Origin: Pseudovirgaria hyperparasitica
Lineage: Eukaryota
Assembly (NCBI GenBank): GCA_010093815.1
Contig: ML996589.1
Length of the DNA stretch: 64,000 nucleotides
Reading direction: 5' to 3' (one strand)
In this document: positions 27,414 through 39,700 of the stretch, in pieces
Position numbering within the stretch: position 1 is the first letter of the stretch
Layout: each line of letters starts with the position of its first letter
Notes under the pieces: generated by a model
Told to the model about the DNA's origin: nothing
Seen by the model: only the letters and a program-made list of their open reading frames with translations
Databases searched by the model: none
Position numbers and translations under genes: made by a program

Positions 27414-28272
27414 CTTTGTTAGTCAAGCTTCAATGACAAATATCATTTCCTACAGGATTGAGGTCCCCTCCATGACAGGGTACACTTCTCCTCTTATCGT
27501 CGTCGTGGATTATTTGGTCCTTCAATGTCAACCTCTATGCTACTAGCTGTGGTAATATCCGAGTGGATGGTCGTAGAGCTGCTAGCCTTCGAATTGTGGG
27601 ACATGTTGCTCGCAAAGCTGTCTTCTTGCATTATCCCCCGCAAGGTTGTGTTGCTACTATTATCCTGTGCCGTGTCCATTTTGTCGCGGAGAAAAGGCTT
27701 AGTATTAGTATGGGAGCCGGGAGGCTGTCTATTTAAAGACCCGACCGACATCGGCGATTATGTGAAGAGATTGTGGTCCGAGAAGTAGAAGGAAAAAGAA
27801 AAATACAGACATGCGGAGTGAATAAAGTACTACCGGAAGGACAAGCAAGATTGGTTTGCTTGTTGCGAGTTGCACAAAGTGGGGCGGCATCCGCCTTCAG
27901 TTACGTCTTTCCTAAGCTAGAATGAATAAAGCCAACGGTTGTGACTTGAGACCAAACACGAAACGCAATATGGCTAAAAAGAACGTAACAGATTTGTTGA
28001 AAACATGTATTTATCATGTTCTTCTATCTTTATCAGTTCTTTAAAATAATGCAATAGGTTTGTCTTTGTAAAGCATGTTGCAGCTTGGCTGTTTGATGTC
28101 AGGTATACCACAAGAAACGATGGTACAAGTGTCGTAAGCAAGCCGAGATCTTGAAACAATATCTACCGGACAAACAAATAACGCTGACAGATACGACCGT
28201 CAGACTGTATTCTAGGCCATGTAGCAATAATAGATAAGAATAGATCTCACGGACGTCTTGGGTCCATTGTAG

Positions 28273-29153
28273 GTGAAGAAAGAGGTTAACTTCAAGACCA
28301 GGCTCGTCATGGATGATCGTGAAGACAGCTTCATTTCTCTCTATGATCGGGTAGAGCACGGCCCCCCCATTATTATACCACGACTAGCCCCTGGGCTGAA
28401 AGACAAAAAGCATCATACCCACAAAACAACAGCACAACACTATGGGGCGCAATTCGCACCTTTATCGTGGTCGAGGGCTGATTACAGCTGGAAGTCTAGC
28501 TACCAAGACGAGAAGATGAAATATGTCTCGGTGGCAGGCAAAATTGAACAGCCACTCTACAACGAAAGCGACGTCGTTTTTGCAGGAGCCCTTTACATCG
28601 TCCATCCTGTAGTTCAGGCCCTGAACCTCATCTACCCCAAGGCGACTTTTACCGTCATGTCAGACTACGATCTAAGCCACTACTTCGTCGACGTCATGCT
28701 CGCGTATATAGATAGTAGTGGCGAATCTAAGCTGTTCGCTTTGCTTGAATCAAAACGACATGGTTCAATCGACGTAGAGGAATGGTTGGATGCCATGGAT
28801 AATAGGCCGAACCAACCGATACCACCGCAACGAAAGCGCCAAAGACGACACCCACAAGGAAGTACTCCACCGTCAAGAAACAGAAGTCTATTCGGGTCAA
28901 ATTCCAGCAAAATCATTAACCAGCTGACAGGTATGCGAAACTCTTCGGTCTACCCCGTGTCTATGTTGGCGTGACGGATTGGACAAACGCGTGGATTGGA
29001 CAGCTGCACATTGCTGATGATGAACCTTCCAAGGCACGTGGTACTCTTATGTCTACCAGAAGTGGTGGAAAGGAAAGGGCTATAAAGACTGTACTTGCAT
29101 GGGCGATAGAGGCATATGAACATGTGAACAAGGAGAACGGACAGCGAAAGTAA
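28273..29153 (+). pseudogene. PD-(D/E)XK-like hypothetical protein with a 1-nt frameshift near 28930
   Basis: Motifs NESDV, FVDV, LLESKRHG. After INQLT, the other frame continues YAKLFGLPRVYVGVTDW and joins ORF 28971-29153. Confidence 0.55.
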
Positions 29154-30285
29154 TGTTACCACTAACGTTTGAATCCTTCCTATCATAGAGGCATATAGTG
29201 ATATCAATAGATAAAATCGTAATAATGAGATATTAAGCTACATAGAGGAATGTGGCATTTGACTCAAGGAGACTATTGTTGTCTGAAGTGGAGAGCACTC
29301 TACGGAGAGGGTAATGGGTGCAGTGGTGAATTCGCCGTATAGACTTGTACTAGATACATGACATACTTGTGTGGTTAGACAACGGTAGGTGGCGATAGTC
29401 GAAGATGGAACAAGACTCATCCCCATGTTCACCCTCAGCACAAGGAGAGAACGCTTATTATGAATCTTCTACCCTTCCATACCCATAATCATATGCACAT
29501 GGCATTCATACCCACACATCTCTTCTTAGCCTTAAACTTCTTTTCGCATTTTAAGAATTGCAAGCCCATGTCTCTACCTTCCGATATTGTATGATGGCAA
29601 AAGGGAGAGATTAAAAGGAAAGAAGATGTCTTGGAGCAGATTGTAAACTATTGTGTGTTGGTCCCAAGCTTCTCGTAAAGACGATATTTCACATGGCGTC
29701 TATCATAGTGTCTGGTGCGCCAAGCTATCACACGGCACCTTCGGCTGTGGTTTGTGACGATAATCTATAACACACTGTTGACGAGCAGTTCGGAACCTTT
29801 CTTGGCAGGTCATAATCAATCACTATGTGCTATAACACACCAGTGAAATGTCGTCCGGCCGTAGGCGTTCGACAGTGACAAGCCGTGTGGAGGTTCATCT
29901 CTGCTCACGCTCTTGACGAAATTTACAATTAGATCAGCTAGCATGGTACCGCCCTAGCCTGCGAATCATGTCATATGTATACTCGGCCAATGGGAGAGGG
30001 GCATATAGTAGACGCCTTGTTCTTGAATAGTATAAAAGAATCGTACCATTTGTCCTGCTAGGAATAGTCCGCTTACATAATATACCTAGCCTCGGACCCA
30101 CGTGACGCGGGCTCTCCCTCCGCAGCCTACAGGATGGATGCTTACCGCTAGGTAAGTCGACGAGCAACGACAAAACCGCACTTCCACACCAACCCAACGA
30201 TCATAGCAGCCTGTACCACTATAGACAGCTGTGAAATAATCTTTGAATATCCTACAATCACGCTGCGGCGTCACAGCTTTACTTG

Positions 30286-31779
30286 ATGGTTAAGAAGCGT
30301 ACCTTAGACGAGAGTACCAGCGCGCCAGAGGAGCTTGATCCTCCTGTACTCAAGAAACAAAAGAAGGATTCATCACAGTATGGTATCGAATGCCGACTTC
30401 AAAACGCAAAAGCTCATGATGATAGATTCTGCGCCGCAGCTTTTCAGCAATCTCTTGCAACACCACACTTCCCTTCGCCCAACAGCCCGAACGAACTCTA
30501 CCCATCTCTCGATTGCGATAACATCTCCGTCGAATCATCCGCGCCTCTACCTATAACGCGCAATAACCTTGAACGGCTGCACAAAGAGCTGGAAGAAGGT
30601 AGACCTATGTCGGCTTTACCATCGAAAGAGTCAGCGTCGGATACCATGTCAAGCAAGAGTTCGCCTAACGTCTCAGATAACCTGGCGAAGCTCTCGGCAT
30701 ATGGTATTCTTGTCTGCCACAAGGCCACAATTCCCGCGGATGTGGCGGCGCTTATCAAGTCATTCGAGGAACAGATCCAAGGTCTCGGGAAGAACACACC
30801 GGAAAAGGTGGCAGAGGTCTACCAGCAGGCATACTATTCCAAAAACGAAGACGAGGGAATAAGTTACCTAGCGAAACTTCTACTCCCTCGAGGGGAAATC
30901 GCACACAAGAAAAAAGGGACGTCACTAATTACGACTAAGCCGGAACTCAACCTCAAGGAGACCTGGGTACCCATTACAGGTAGTAAGACTATCAAGACAT
31001 ACTTTGGATCATTATTCCGACCGAAGCCTGACCACGCTGCCGGATATGTGTCCGCTAGCGACGCAGAACGGGTATCGGTTGCAGCTCCATTCACTGGCGA
31101 GGAGGAGGCTTTGCTAAATCGGTACGTACGACTTGGAATGCATTAATCTAGGAGACCTAATTTTGATAGCATGAAATTGGCCGACCAAATACATTTTCCA
31201 TTCTTCACGGCGCAGTGGAAATCACAAGGCGGAGCCGAATCACACCTACATGCGCGCGTCCAAGGCGCTCGCGATGGCGCTACGATCATCAACCACATGA
31301 ACAAATTCTTCGTTGCGGCTGCTCATAATACTAAGCCGGTTGATACCTGTCACTTTAGCATGACGTGCGATATGGATTCGGTACAACTATACGTCCACTG
31401 GCGAGATATTAGCAGTGAAGGCTTGGAGCGATATCACATGGAGCTCATTAAAAGAACGTGGCTGGAGGAACCTACCGAAGTGAAGGACTATAAACGAGTG
31501 CTGCGAAACATTGTACATTGGGCAACAACTACTCGGCTCGAAAACATACGGTGCGCGCTTGTAAAGCTGCGCAATGTCAACGCGAGCCGGCTCCGAAGCA
31601 CGAGCAACTCCCCAATGAAAAATATGCCTTCAGTCACAGCCTCATCCCCATCATCATCGTCATCCCGAATCCCACCTGTACCCGCACCAGGTCTCGGAAC
31701 GTTGCCCACATTTCACCAGCTGAGTCCGCCGTTATCGATCGACGTTGGCGTAAAGAAGAGAAGAATGGATGAGGGCTGA
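30286..31779 (+). CDS. Hypothetical protein with a fungal PD-(D/E)XK-like domain (PKPD...FPF...WK pattern), one intron
   Basis: ORFs 30283-31146 and 31171-31779 join in frame through intron 31122-31169 (GTACGT...CTAAT...TAG). Motifs RPKPDHAAGY, HFPFFTAQWKS, ARVQGARDGA, HFSMTCD, LYVHW. Basic NLS-like ends. Confidence 0.75.
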
Positions 31780-33460
31780 TGAAGAACTGAAGACCCGGTC
31801 AGTCTCCGATAGACGTGGGACCAGGCTCTCAATGCTTTTGCATCAGTCATGTTTTTGTCACCATAATAGCGAAGGCATATGCACCGCACAGCCCATTATC
31901 CAACATGATCGCATCTTGACAGCGTCATGTTAAAGGAGTTCATTCTGGTAGCTCTAGTGCAGTCTAGCCTACAAGTGAAAGAACACGAGGGGACTTTGAT
32001 AGTGACGGGCCTATCTTTCGCGGAGACCCTACATATTGTCAATCACGCAGATCCGCACCGACACTAGCTAGCCTCTATTAAGAGTAGGAATTGAGTGATA
32101 TTATTACATCCTCCGATAATCACAGCCATCCATCCAATTACCATTTCGCCATCATCACGAGATCCAGGCCTACCTCAGGTGAAGCCATCTGCGATACCTG
32201 ATGCATTGTCAATTGATCCAAGTACAGGCAGGTAGAATGTTACATTTGATGGACAGGTTCTTGAATCGCTATAGACCACATATTTTCCAGCCATGCATGC
32301 TTTTGTCATAATCTAGATGATGTGCACCCATGGCTAGCATTGCATCCGCTGTTGGTCAAGGACATCCTCGTATGTTTGTACTCCTCATCGCGTGTCCACC
32401 AGGCACCGCCGCCACAGGAGTCCTCAACGAATGGTCTGGAAGCACTGTCATCAATTATAAAGAGGTCTTGTTCACGTTGCGTCGCATTCTCGCCACGAAT
32501 CATTCAACCACTTTCGTTCGACCAACTACTCTACGCACCCATCCTTCATGTGCTGATGATGCCCCTGACCATGAAACCTAAGGTTGGTGCCAGGGCTTGC
32601 GCTTCTTTCGCCGCAGGCAACGACGCGCTGAATTCTTCGCGAACGAAGCCAACAGCAGGTTCCGACGGGACAGACGCTTCGACTTTATCGTGCATCCGGA
32701 TGAGCATGCGTCTACAGTAGAAATTAGTAAGTCGTGCACTTCCAGCCGAAACGGCTTAACCGTGGGCCCGGTTCGCGTGGGCACTGTTGAACTGCTGAAT
32801 CGCTTCATACAGGCGTCCTGACTCTCCGGCGTGCATGAATACGGAACCGCACACAGACCCAGGGATGAATGCATTGGCCAGCCGCGTGTCACCAGGTAGA
32901 ACCCACATACTGACATGATGCGCTTTGACGATTCTTTATTGACTACTTTGGTACCTGGACAGGAACGTGTGCAAGAGTGTACTTGCTTTGTTGTTTAAGT
33001 GCAGATTGGTCTATGACCATCTATGGTACCAGGGAACAACTATTCGATACACATCACGTCGGGGCGTCCACTCATGATGCGTGTTGTCGCGCCATAGCCA
33101 TGAGATGCTGGAACGTATTAGGCACTAGCCATGCAGGCAGAGTCTTTTGACATGGATGGGAGCGAGATCCATGGATTGGGTCCGGAGAAACGTTCACCGG
33201 TAACCAGTCTGTCAACGCAAACGTTGCGCGTCGCGATTGTAGACTCCCAGACGCGGTACGACGCGGCAAGCTGGGAACCTGAGGTGGAAACTTTTGTTTA
33301 TCATTCATTGTCATTCACTGTTGTTAGCTCCATTCATTTTGCGTTTGTGTCTCTCATTGATCATATCATCACATTCCATCTATCATCCCGTCTCTTCCAT
33401 GTCTATCTTCCATTTCATCTTCCATCTTTCATGTTCCATCTCTTCTATTTTACCATCTTC

Positions 33461-33698
33461 ATCTTCTATCTTCTATCTTCTATCTTCTATCTTCTATCTT
33501 CTATCTTCTATCTTCTATCTTCTATCTTCTATCTTCTATCTTCTATCTTCTATCTNNNNNNNNNNNNNNNNNNNNNNNNNNNNNNNNNNNNNNNNNNNNN
33601 ATCTTCTATCTTCTATCTTCTATCTTCTATCTTCTATCTTCTATCTTCTATCTTCTATCTTCTATCTTCTATCTTCTATCTTCTATCTTCTATCTTCT
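33461..33698. repeat. (ATCTTCT)n heptanucleotide microsatellite spanning an assembly gap (N at 33556-33600)
   Basis: Read directly. Confidence 0.97.
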
Positions 33699-34202
33699 GT
33701 CTCTTCCTTCATGCTCATTGTGACCATCGTGCCTTTTTCTTGCCTCCCGTTCTGCTCTTGTCATGCTCGACCTGGTTGGTCGGTGTCCACGATGCTTACC
33801 TTCATCGTTACCACAGCGCATGGCTCACGGGTAGCAGCAGCAACAGCAGCAGCAAGTTGCCTACCGTCCTGCAAACCCAGCTTCACCCTGTTTGTCAACG
33901 GCCTGCGGAAGTTTGCGACAGGCGCATGGTTCATGATTCATGGTTCATGGTCTATACGCGTCGCATGCGTTATTCGCAGTATGTAGCTGATCCGGCCGGC
34001 TCTGAAGCGTCGTCTCGCCATCCATGCTGCTTTATCTAAACATGCTTCCGCTCACGCTCCGTCAAGACTCTTTTCCACAATCTGTCTTCCATTACAACCA
34101 GTCTGCGCCTTACTGCCTCTCCTCTTGTTTTCCTCCAGGTGCGGCATCACACACACATACACAGCATAGTGCCTCTGCCTGCTTGTGCACTACTGGACCG
34201 TC

Positions 34203-35475
34203 ATGTCCCACTCGGTTCATTTCCCTTCCCCTTCCCCTTCAATGACTCCCATATCAAATGCAGGAGGTGGCGATGAGGTGGTAATTGTGGGAGAATTGGA
34301 AGGAGCCACTGGACAATCAGTCTTGTCTCCCATTATAAAAGCATTCGACGCCGCCGGTATGCAACCTCAGCTTAGTGCTGTCGTCTCAGAAGCACCAGCT
34401 GTCAACACTGTAGACGCCAGTTCCAATACTCAGAGTGACGCACAAACGGCACCAGAGCTCGCATCCAGGCGTATGTCTGCTTCAAGTCCCGTATCTGTGG
34501 GCCTTCAATTGCTAATCCCCCATACCATCTCAGCCCTTTCACCAAACCCAATAGTCGCCAAAGCAACCGCTCTCCTCAAAACATATCGCGGCCCAGCCGT
34601 GCAACCTCAGACATCGCATCACGGCATCAACCAGTCCTTGCCACAACCTCCCTCTATGAGTAATACAGGTACGTCATCCGCTATGCCCGTCCATTATCTG
34701 CCAGCTATCTGATTCTCTTCAAGACGCCTGTCCTACGACCCAGCCGGATGCGAACGAGCTAGAGCGGACGTTACAGAACATGCAGCATTTAGAAGCAGTC
34801 ATTCAGGAGAAAGAGAAGTTGATTGAATCATTGCAAGCACGGCTCGACGCTAAGTATGCTACCATGTCGCATCCGGATGGCACCTCGCACCAGCCCACGG
34901 AGTCCGACGATCCAGTTCTTCTGGACATGTCCACTGTCGGTGATATCGCTCAAATACCATGGATGCCGTCTCATTATAGCAAACCTGAATGCTCTGTGCA
35001 AACACTGTATGCTCCAAATTATATTCTCGTCGACGATCTGCAACGGTCTGATGTGAAAGAGTATTTGCGAAGTCATGCCAAGGAAATCCACCCCCCGGAA
35101 CTAGGGTCAGATGGGCGTCTAAAGCAAAAGGTCGTATGGAAGGCGCTAAGAGAGGACGTCAAAGACATGCAAGAGCATGTCCGTGATAAGATCCTGAGGG
35201 AATTGCCTGCCCTATTCACTGCCCGCGACACCTCCGATGGTACCAACATCAGGCTTGGCTGGACCGGTAGTGAGATGCTAGACAAAAACCAGAGGCGCAA
35301 GATCGCGGAGGCGCTCAAAGAGCGACTAGGAAAGAAAGTACAACATGCAGCAACGAAAAAGTTGTCGGCGGTCAACTCGAAGATCACAAAGGTAGTCGAT
35401 TCGAAGATCACAAAGGCAGTGACGAACAAGATGTCGGCAGTTAAGCAGAAGCACAAATCCAGCTACAGCTCGTAG
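34203..35475 (+). CDS. Hypothetical protein (disordered N-terminus, coiled coil, Lys-rich C-terminus), one intron
   Basis: ORFs 34185-34712 and 34780-35475 join in frame through intron 34669-34723 (GTACGT...CTGAT...AAG). Confidence 0.7.
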
Positions 35476-36004
35476 AAAGGGAAAGGTATGTCGCCGACCG
35501 ATCATCTTGACCGCTGCCGCTGCCGCACTTCATCTCTTACACTCCATACCACTCCCCTACAGTATCTATCCCATAGCGTCCCATATCATAATCTCGGTAC
35601 TTTGTCCTAGGCAGGAGGCACTCACGCCTAAGTAGCTCATACTTGAACAATACACTCTGCTAACCCATTCCCTCTTCTAACCGCACTCTACTCTACTTCC
35701 CATGTACTAGTCTTTCACATCGCCCTCTAGCCTAAGACACTCACGTCAACTACATTAGCCATCTACCCAATTATATGAGCTCTCACCCCGCTACCTGTGT
35801 CTGAATTGCCCCAGTCATACTCCGTGTCATTCACATGTTAAAAGTCTCGCCTCTATCCAGAGCGAAGTCTCGGTGCGAGATGGCGCGCACTCGACGAGGC
35901 CATCCCGAGAAACAATTATCTAACAATCAACTCAGATCCTATATGTACCTTCGCTCCTCTCCAATCACCCAACCAGTTATCTCTCTACCACCAAAACCCT
36001 CAAG

Positions 36005-36617
36005 ATGGAACCTGCTTTGGCTAATATCATCCCGCTTCCGCCTCTGCCTAAAGTCGTACAATGGTTGCAGTCCACGGTGGCTCTCACCTACTTGGCTTCC
36101 GCCTATCCAAAACCAGGTCTTCTAAACTTTCTTGCTATCGGCATTTGGTTCTTAACCTCTATGATAACCTCGTGAGTCGGCGTGCTTCAAGTCGCGTACT
36201 ATATTAGGTAACAGCTGCTCTAGGAAAGTCTATAAGATCCTACGACTTGCGGGCGTCATCAACTTCTTGGCTTCGTAGTAGCCCTCTCGCCTCCGAAGTA
36301 AAGCCTACAAGGGGCTTCGTATCGGCCTTAACAGTCTCCACTTAATACTTGTTTTGCTATTCTTCATCCTGCGGTTGGTCCTAGAACAAACGCGACATGA
36401 AACGCAATCATTCTGCAGCCTTGCTTCTGTCATACGTCAGAACGACATGTGGTACAACAGAAGAATACGGACAAACATGGAGTTATGTTCATCCTTCAAC
36501 TTCGCTTTCACATCATTCAATACCAGCATCATCTCATAGCCTGAGTTACCATCCAACGCTCCAGCTGTACCATCGCATTTCCAATGTTATTATGACCTTC
36601 TAGCTCTCATACCCTGA
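36005..36617 (+). pseudogene. Degraded small membrane-protein gene, probable paralogue of 44975-45472
   Basis: Hydrophobic frame from ATG 36005 with several stops. A downstream frame has LASVIRQNDMWYNRRIRTN, resembling LAYVARQNGLYLSVRTN of the 44975-45472 product. Confidence 0.4.
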
Positions 36618-36713
36618 TTTCATATCCCTTTGACCCTCGTCAGGAGTCTTGAGCTCTCAGACTTTACATTTGCATTGAAATCAACCTATCCGCATTCACA
36701 AACACCATTAACC

Positions 36714-39700
36714 ATGCCAAAAGGTTCTCCTACTCATCTTCCTTACATCCATAATGGGTATCACTCTACCAATCCCGATCAAGGCTCTACGGACGATTTC
36801 TTCGATGACCACTTACCTCCACCTCCCATTGTCAAACGTCGACGTACAATACGCAGGCCCGACTCATGGGAGAAAAAGTGCGCGTACAAGACTGGTATGG
36901 ATGTCGAAGATATGCACAAGAAATCAGGAGCTCCAAGCTCAGCGACACTTGAGCGCGAAGTCATGGCCAATACCGAAGATGATAGGTCCGAAGGCGAGAC
37001 TTCACAGCAACCCTCATTGACGTTTAAGCGTATGGCGACTCTCTTGTCTTCTCTACGCTTCGTTGCACGCTTGAAACTAGTACAGAACGACCGATGGCCA
37101 ACTAAGTGGACCATACTTGTGACTCTCGCCCTTTACACCCTCTTACTTTCTGCCGTTTTTGAGACTGCTTTTGCATTACTGCCTCATATGTGCCTTTGGT
37201 TGGGACCGGAATGGTCTTGGTGCGCTTGGTACGAGATCTCGGATTTGTCTAGACATTTGCTTCTAATTTTGACTTGGCCAGCATGCTGGGTGACTGGGGG
37301 TTACTCATCAGCCGCATATTACATCGGGCACGCAGACCGTGAACCTTGGTATCCTTTCACGCCTCAAGCTCTTTTTCCGGGTCGCGCTCTGTTTGATGCC
37401 CAAGCAGCTCTCCATAATGTGTCATGCTATATTCCGTTTGAGTCACGACCAGAGGACCTCGTCCAAGACTGTATCGATAAATATCAAGACTTGTATCGAC
37501 GTCCAGATCTTGAGCTACAAATTGGACGAATCGACCACGTAATGCGCTTACCAGACTGCCGGAACGGTCATCTCATGATTGTACTCAGCGCCTTAGAGAT
37601 GCTGGCTCCGCTACGAGACTCATGGAACGAAACAGGGGCATGTGCTCGTGAAGCCAGCCGTCGTATCACCACCTCCCAGCAGGACTTCGGCATATCGAAT
37701 AATCGAGAAGACCTGGATGTTGAAGTTAAACACTTTCTGTCTCGCCTGCTCCAAAGGCCTTACTCCGTTGCAACTATCATTCAGGAAGTCTGGCGGCTTC
37801 AAAATGTCCTGCGTCAGCAACGGCCCTGCTCGGGCGCTAATATAGGACAGCTTGTTCACCTCACAGATCGACTCCTGGTCCAGGAGTCTATCGACTTTGG
37901 ACGGGCTCACAAAATTATAGATACATACCTCTCTAGTCTGCGAGAGCAGCGCGAAATGCTTTCACAGAATCCTAATGCGTCTGGAGCATGCGATTCTACA
38001 ATCGTGAACAACCTCATTGCCCATCGAAACCAGTTCTTGCATGACCTAACGTCGCTAGAGCGCATTAATCTGCACATAGGGCTCTATGACACAGATACAG
38101 ACTCTGCTCGTGCGACTGTGAGCTCTCCGTCGGCCGCCAAACACGAACCTCGAGTAGGTGATCATGCATTGAAGAACGACAGAACGCCGCTTCTACGTAC
38201 TATCACACCGATGTTAGATCATGGAACCTCTCTAAATCAGAAGCCACACACTTCCACCGTGCCACGCGAGAGGTCGAACGAAGACAAGTTACGAAGCGAC
38301 ATCATACCGCTCTCAAAACAATCAGCATTTCATAGTGATGACTGTAATCAGGTCTACAACCAACTTCAAGATTCAAGCATACTTCGTTCTCAAACGGCTT
38401 TATCAGCGAACGACCTACCAGAGTGAGTTCCCAAGACTATCCCTTTGAACTATGATCTGATCAGACCTCCAAGCACTCCCTTTTCGATGGCGAATACAGA
38501 ACAGCAAGGTCTGAAAGACTTTGGTGCGCCAGCCACTCGATATCCGTCTCAATCCCGAGCTACAAATACGTTGGACGATCTGCTTTGCGTAGATGAGGAT
38601 GCGCCTGGAATTGAACTAAAGACGGCCGACACAAGTAGAGAGTATACAGGTTAGTTCGCCTTTCGCCTTTCGCCATACAGCCTAGTCACAAGTCATCACT
38701 GCATACATCCACGCAGGTACCAGATGCTTAGTTTATGTTTTCCGTGGCCACCCATCATGCATCTCCGTCCTCCATGCTAATACCAGACCCAGCCTCCCCG
38801 TATCTAGCCTTGTCTAAACTTTGGCATCATTCGCTCTTCGTCATCATTCTAAGAGTCCTCTTATTAATCACAGTTGACAGCCATTGTTTCATAAAATGGG
38901 CCGGGATGAAGCTGGCCATGATAATCTGTATCTTTGGGCTCTGTTTTGTATTATTGCTTCTGAAGCGAAAGCAAGGCGCTGAGCGCGATGGACAAGATGA
39001 CGGCGATATGAACGAAGAAACATTGCTGGAGCGGAATGAGTCACGACCAGGACAAATGGCGAGAGCAGAGCTAGAAGTACTTCTAGCCCAGTCAAGCAGG
39101 ATGGCAAGATCATCACTGGAAGTCGTGTCCCCGACTGAGCCACAGGATAAGGAACAGACATCACACGAGAAGAGCGTGAAAAGGCGATTGGGCCATAACA
39201 CCCAGAAGATCCCAGCCTATAGCGACACCGTTAGAGACGCAGGCCAGGGGAAGGAGAAGAGAACGCATGAGGAGTCCATGGATTCGCCACCATTTCAAAA
39301 CCACGAGACCCCACCGAGTGGATATCTCGCAAAGGCTCGTGTTTGGTTCTCAAAACGTGCCGCTATGAGGCAAATGAATGCTCATCTTTCCGAGAACCAG
39401 AGCGCAGCGTCTGTCAGCACCACAACTCCAGACATACCACCAACGTCAACGGAAGCACCTATAGAGACACGAGACCTTGAGCTGATCGAGGATCAGAACG
39501 TAGCTACGGACACATCACTGATACAAATGAGTCCAATTACAAAGGATGCCGAAGATCAGTCAAGGATTTCCCAGAACTCAACATCTGTCAGTACCAGGCC
39601 TAGTCCCCCAGCGATAGCATCGTCAAAAACATCTACAGATACTCTAAGACCCTGCAAGTCGCCCTCACCAGACTCACTCTCAATAACAGCCGAAGCCAAC

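Noticed and set aside
31850..33320. Cluster of short ORFs on both strands
   Set aside because: Possibly a decayed minus-strand gene (an intron-like stretch at ~32714-32760), but I could not build a consistent frame or find a motif.
33131..34039. ORFs with poly-(IFYLLSS) hydrophobic repeats
   Set aside because: Translation of the heptamer microsatellite across an N gap.
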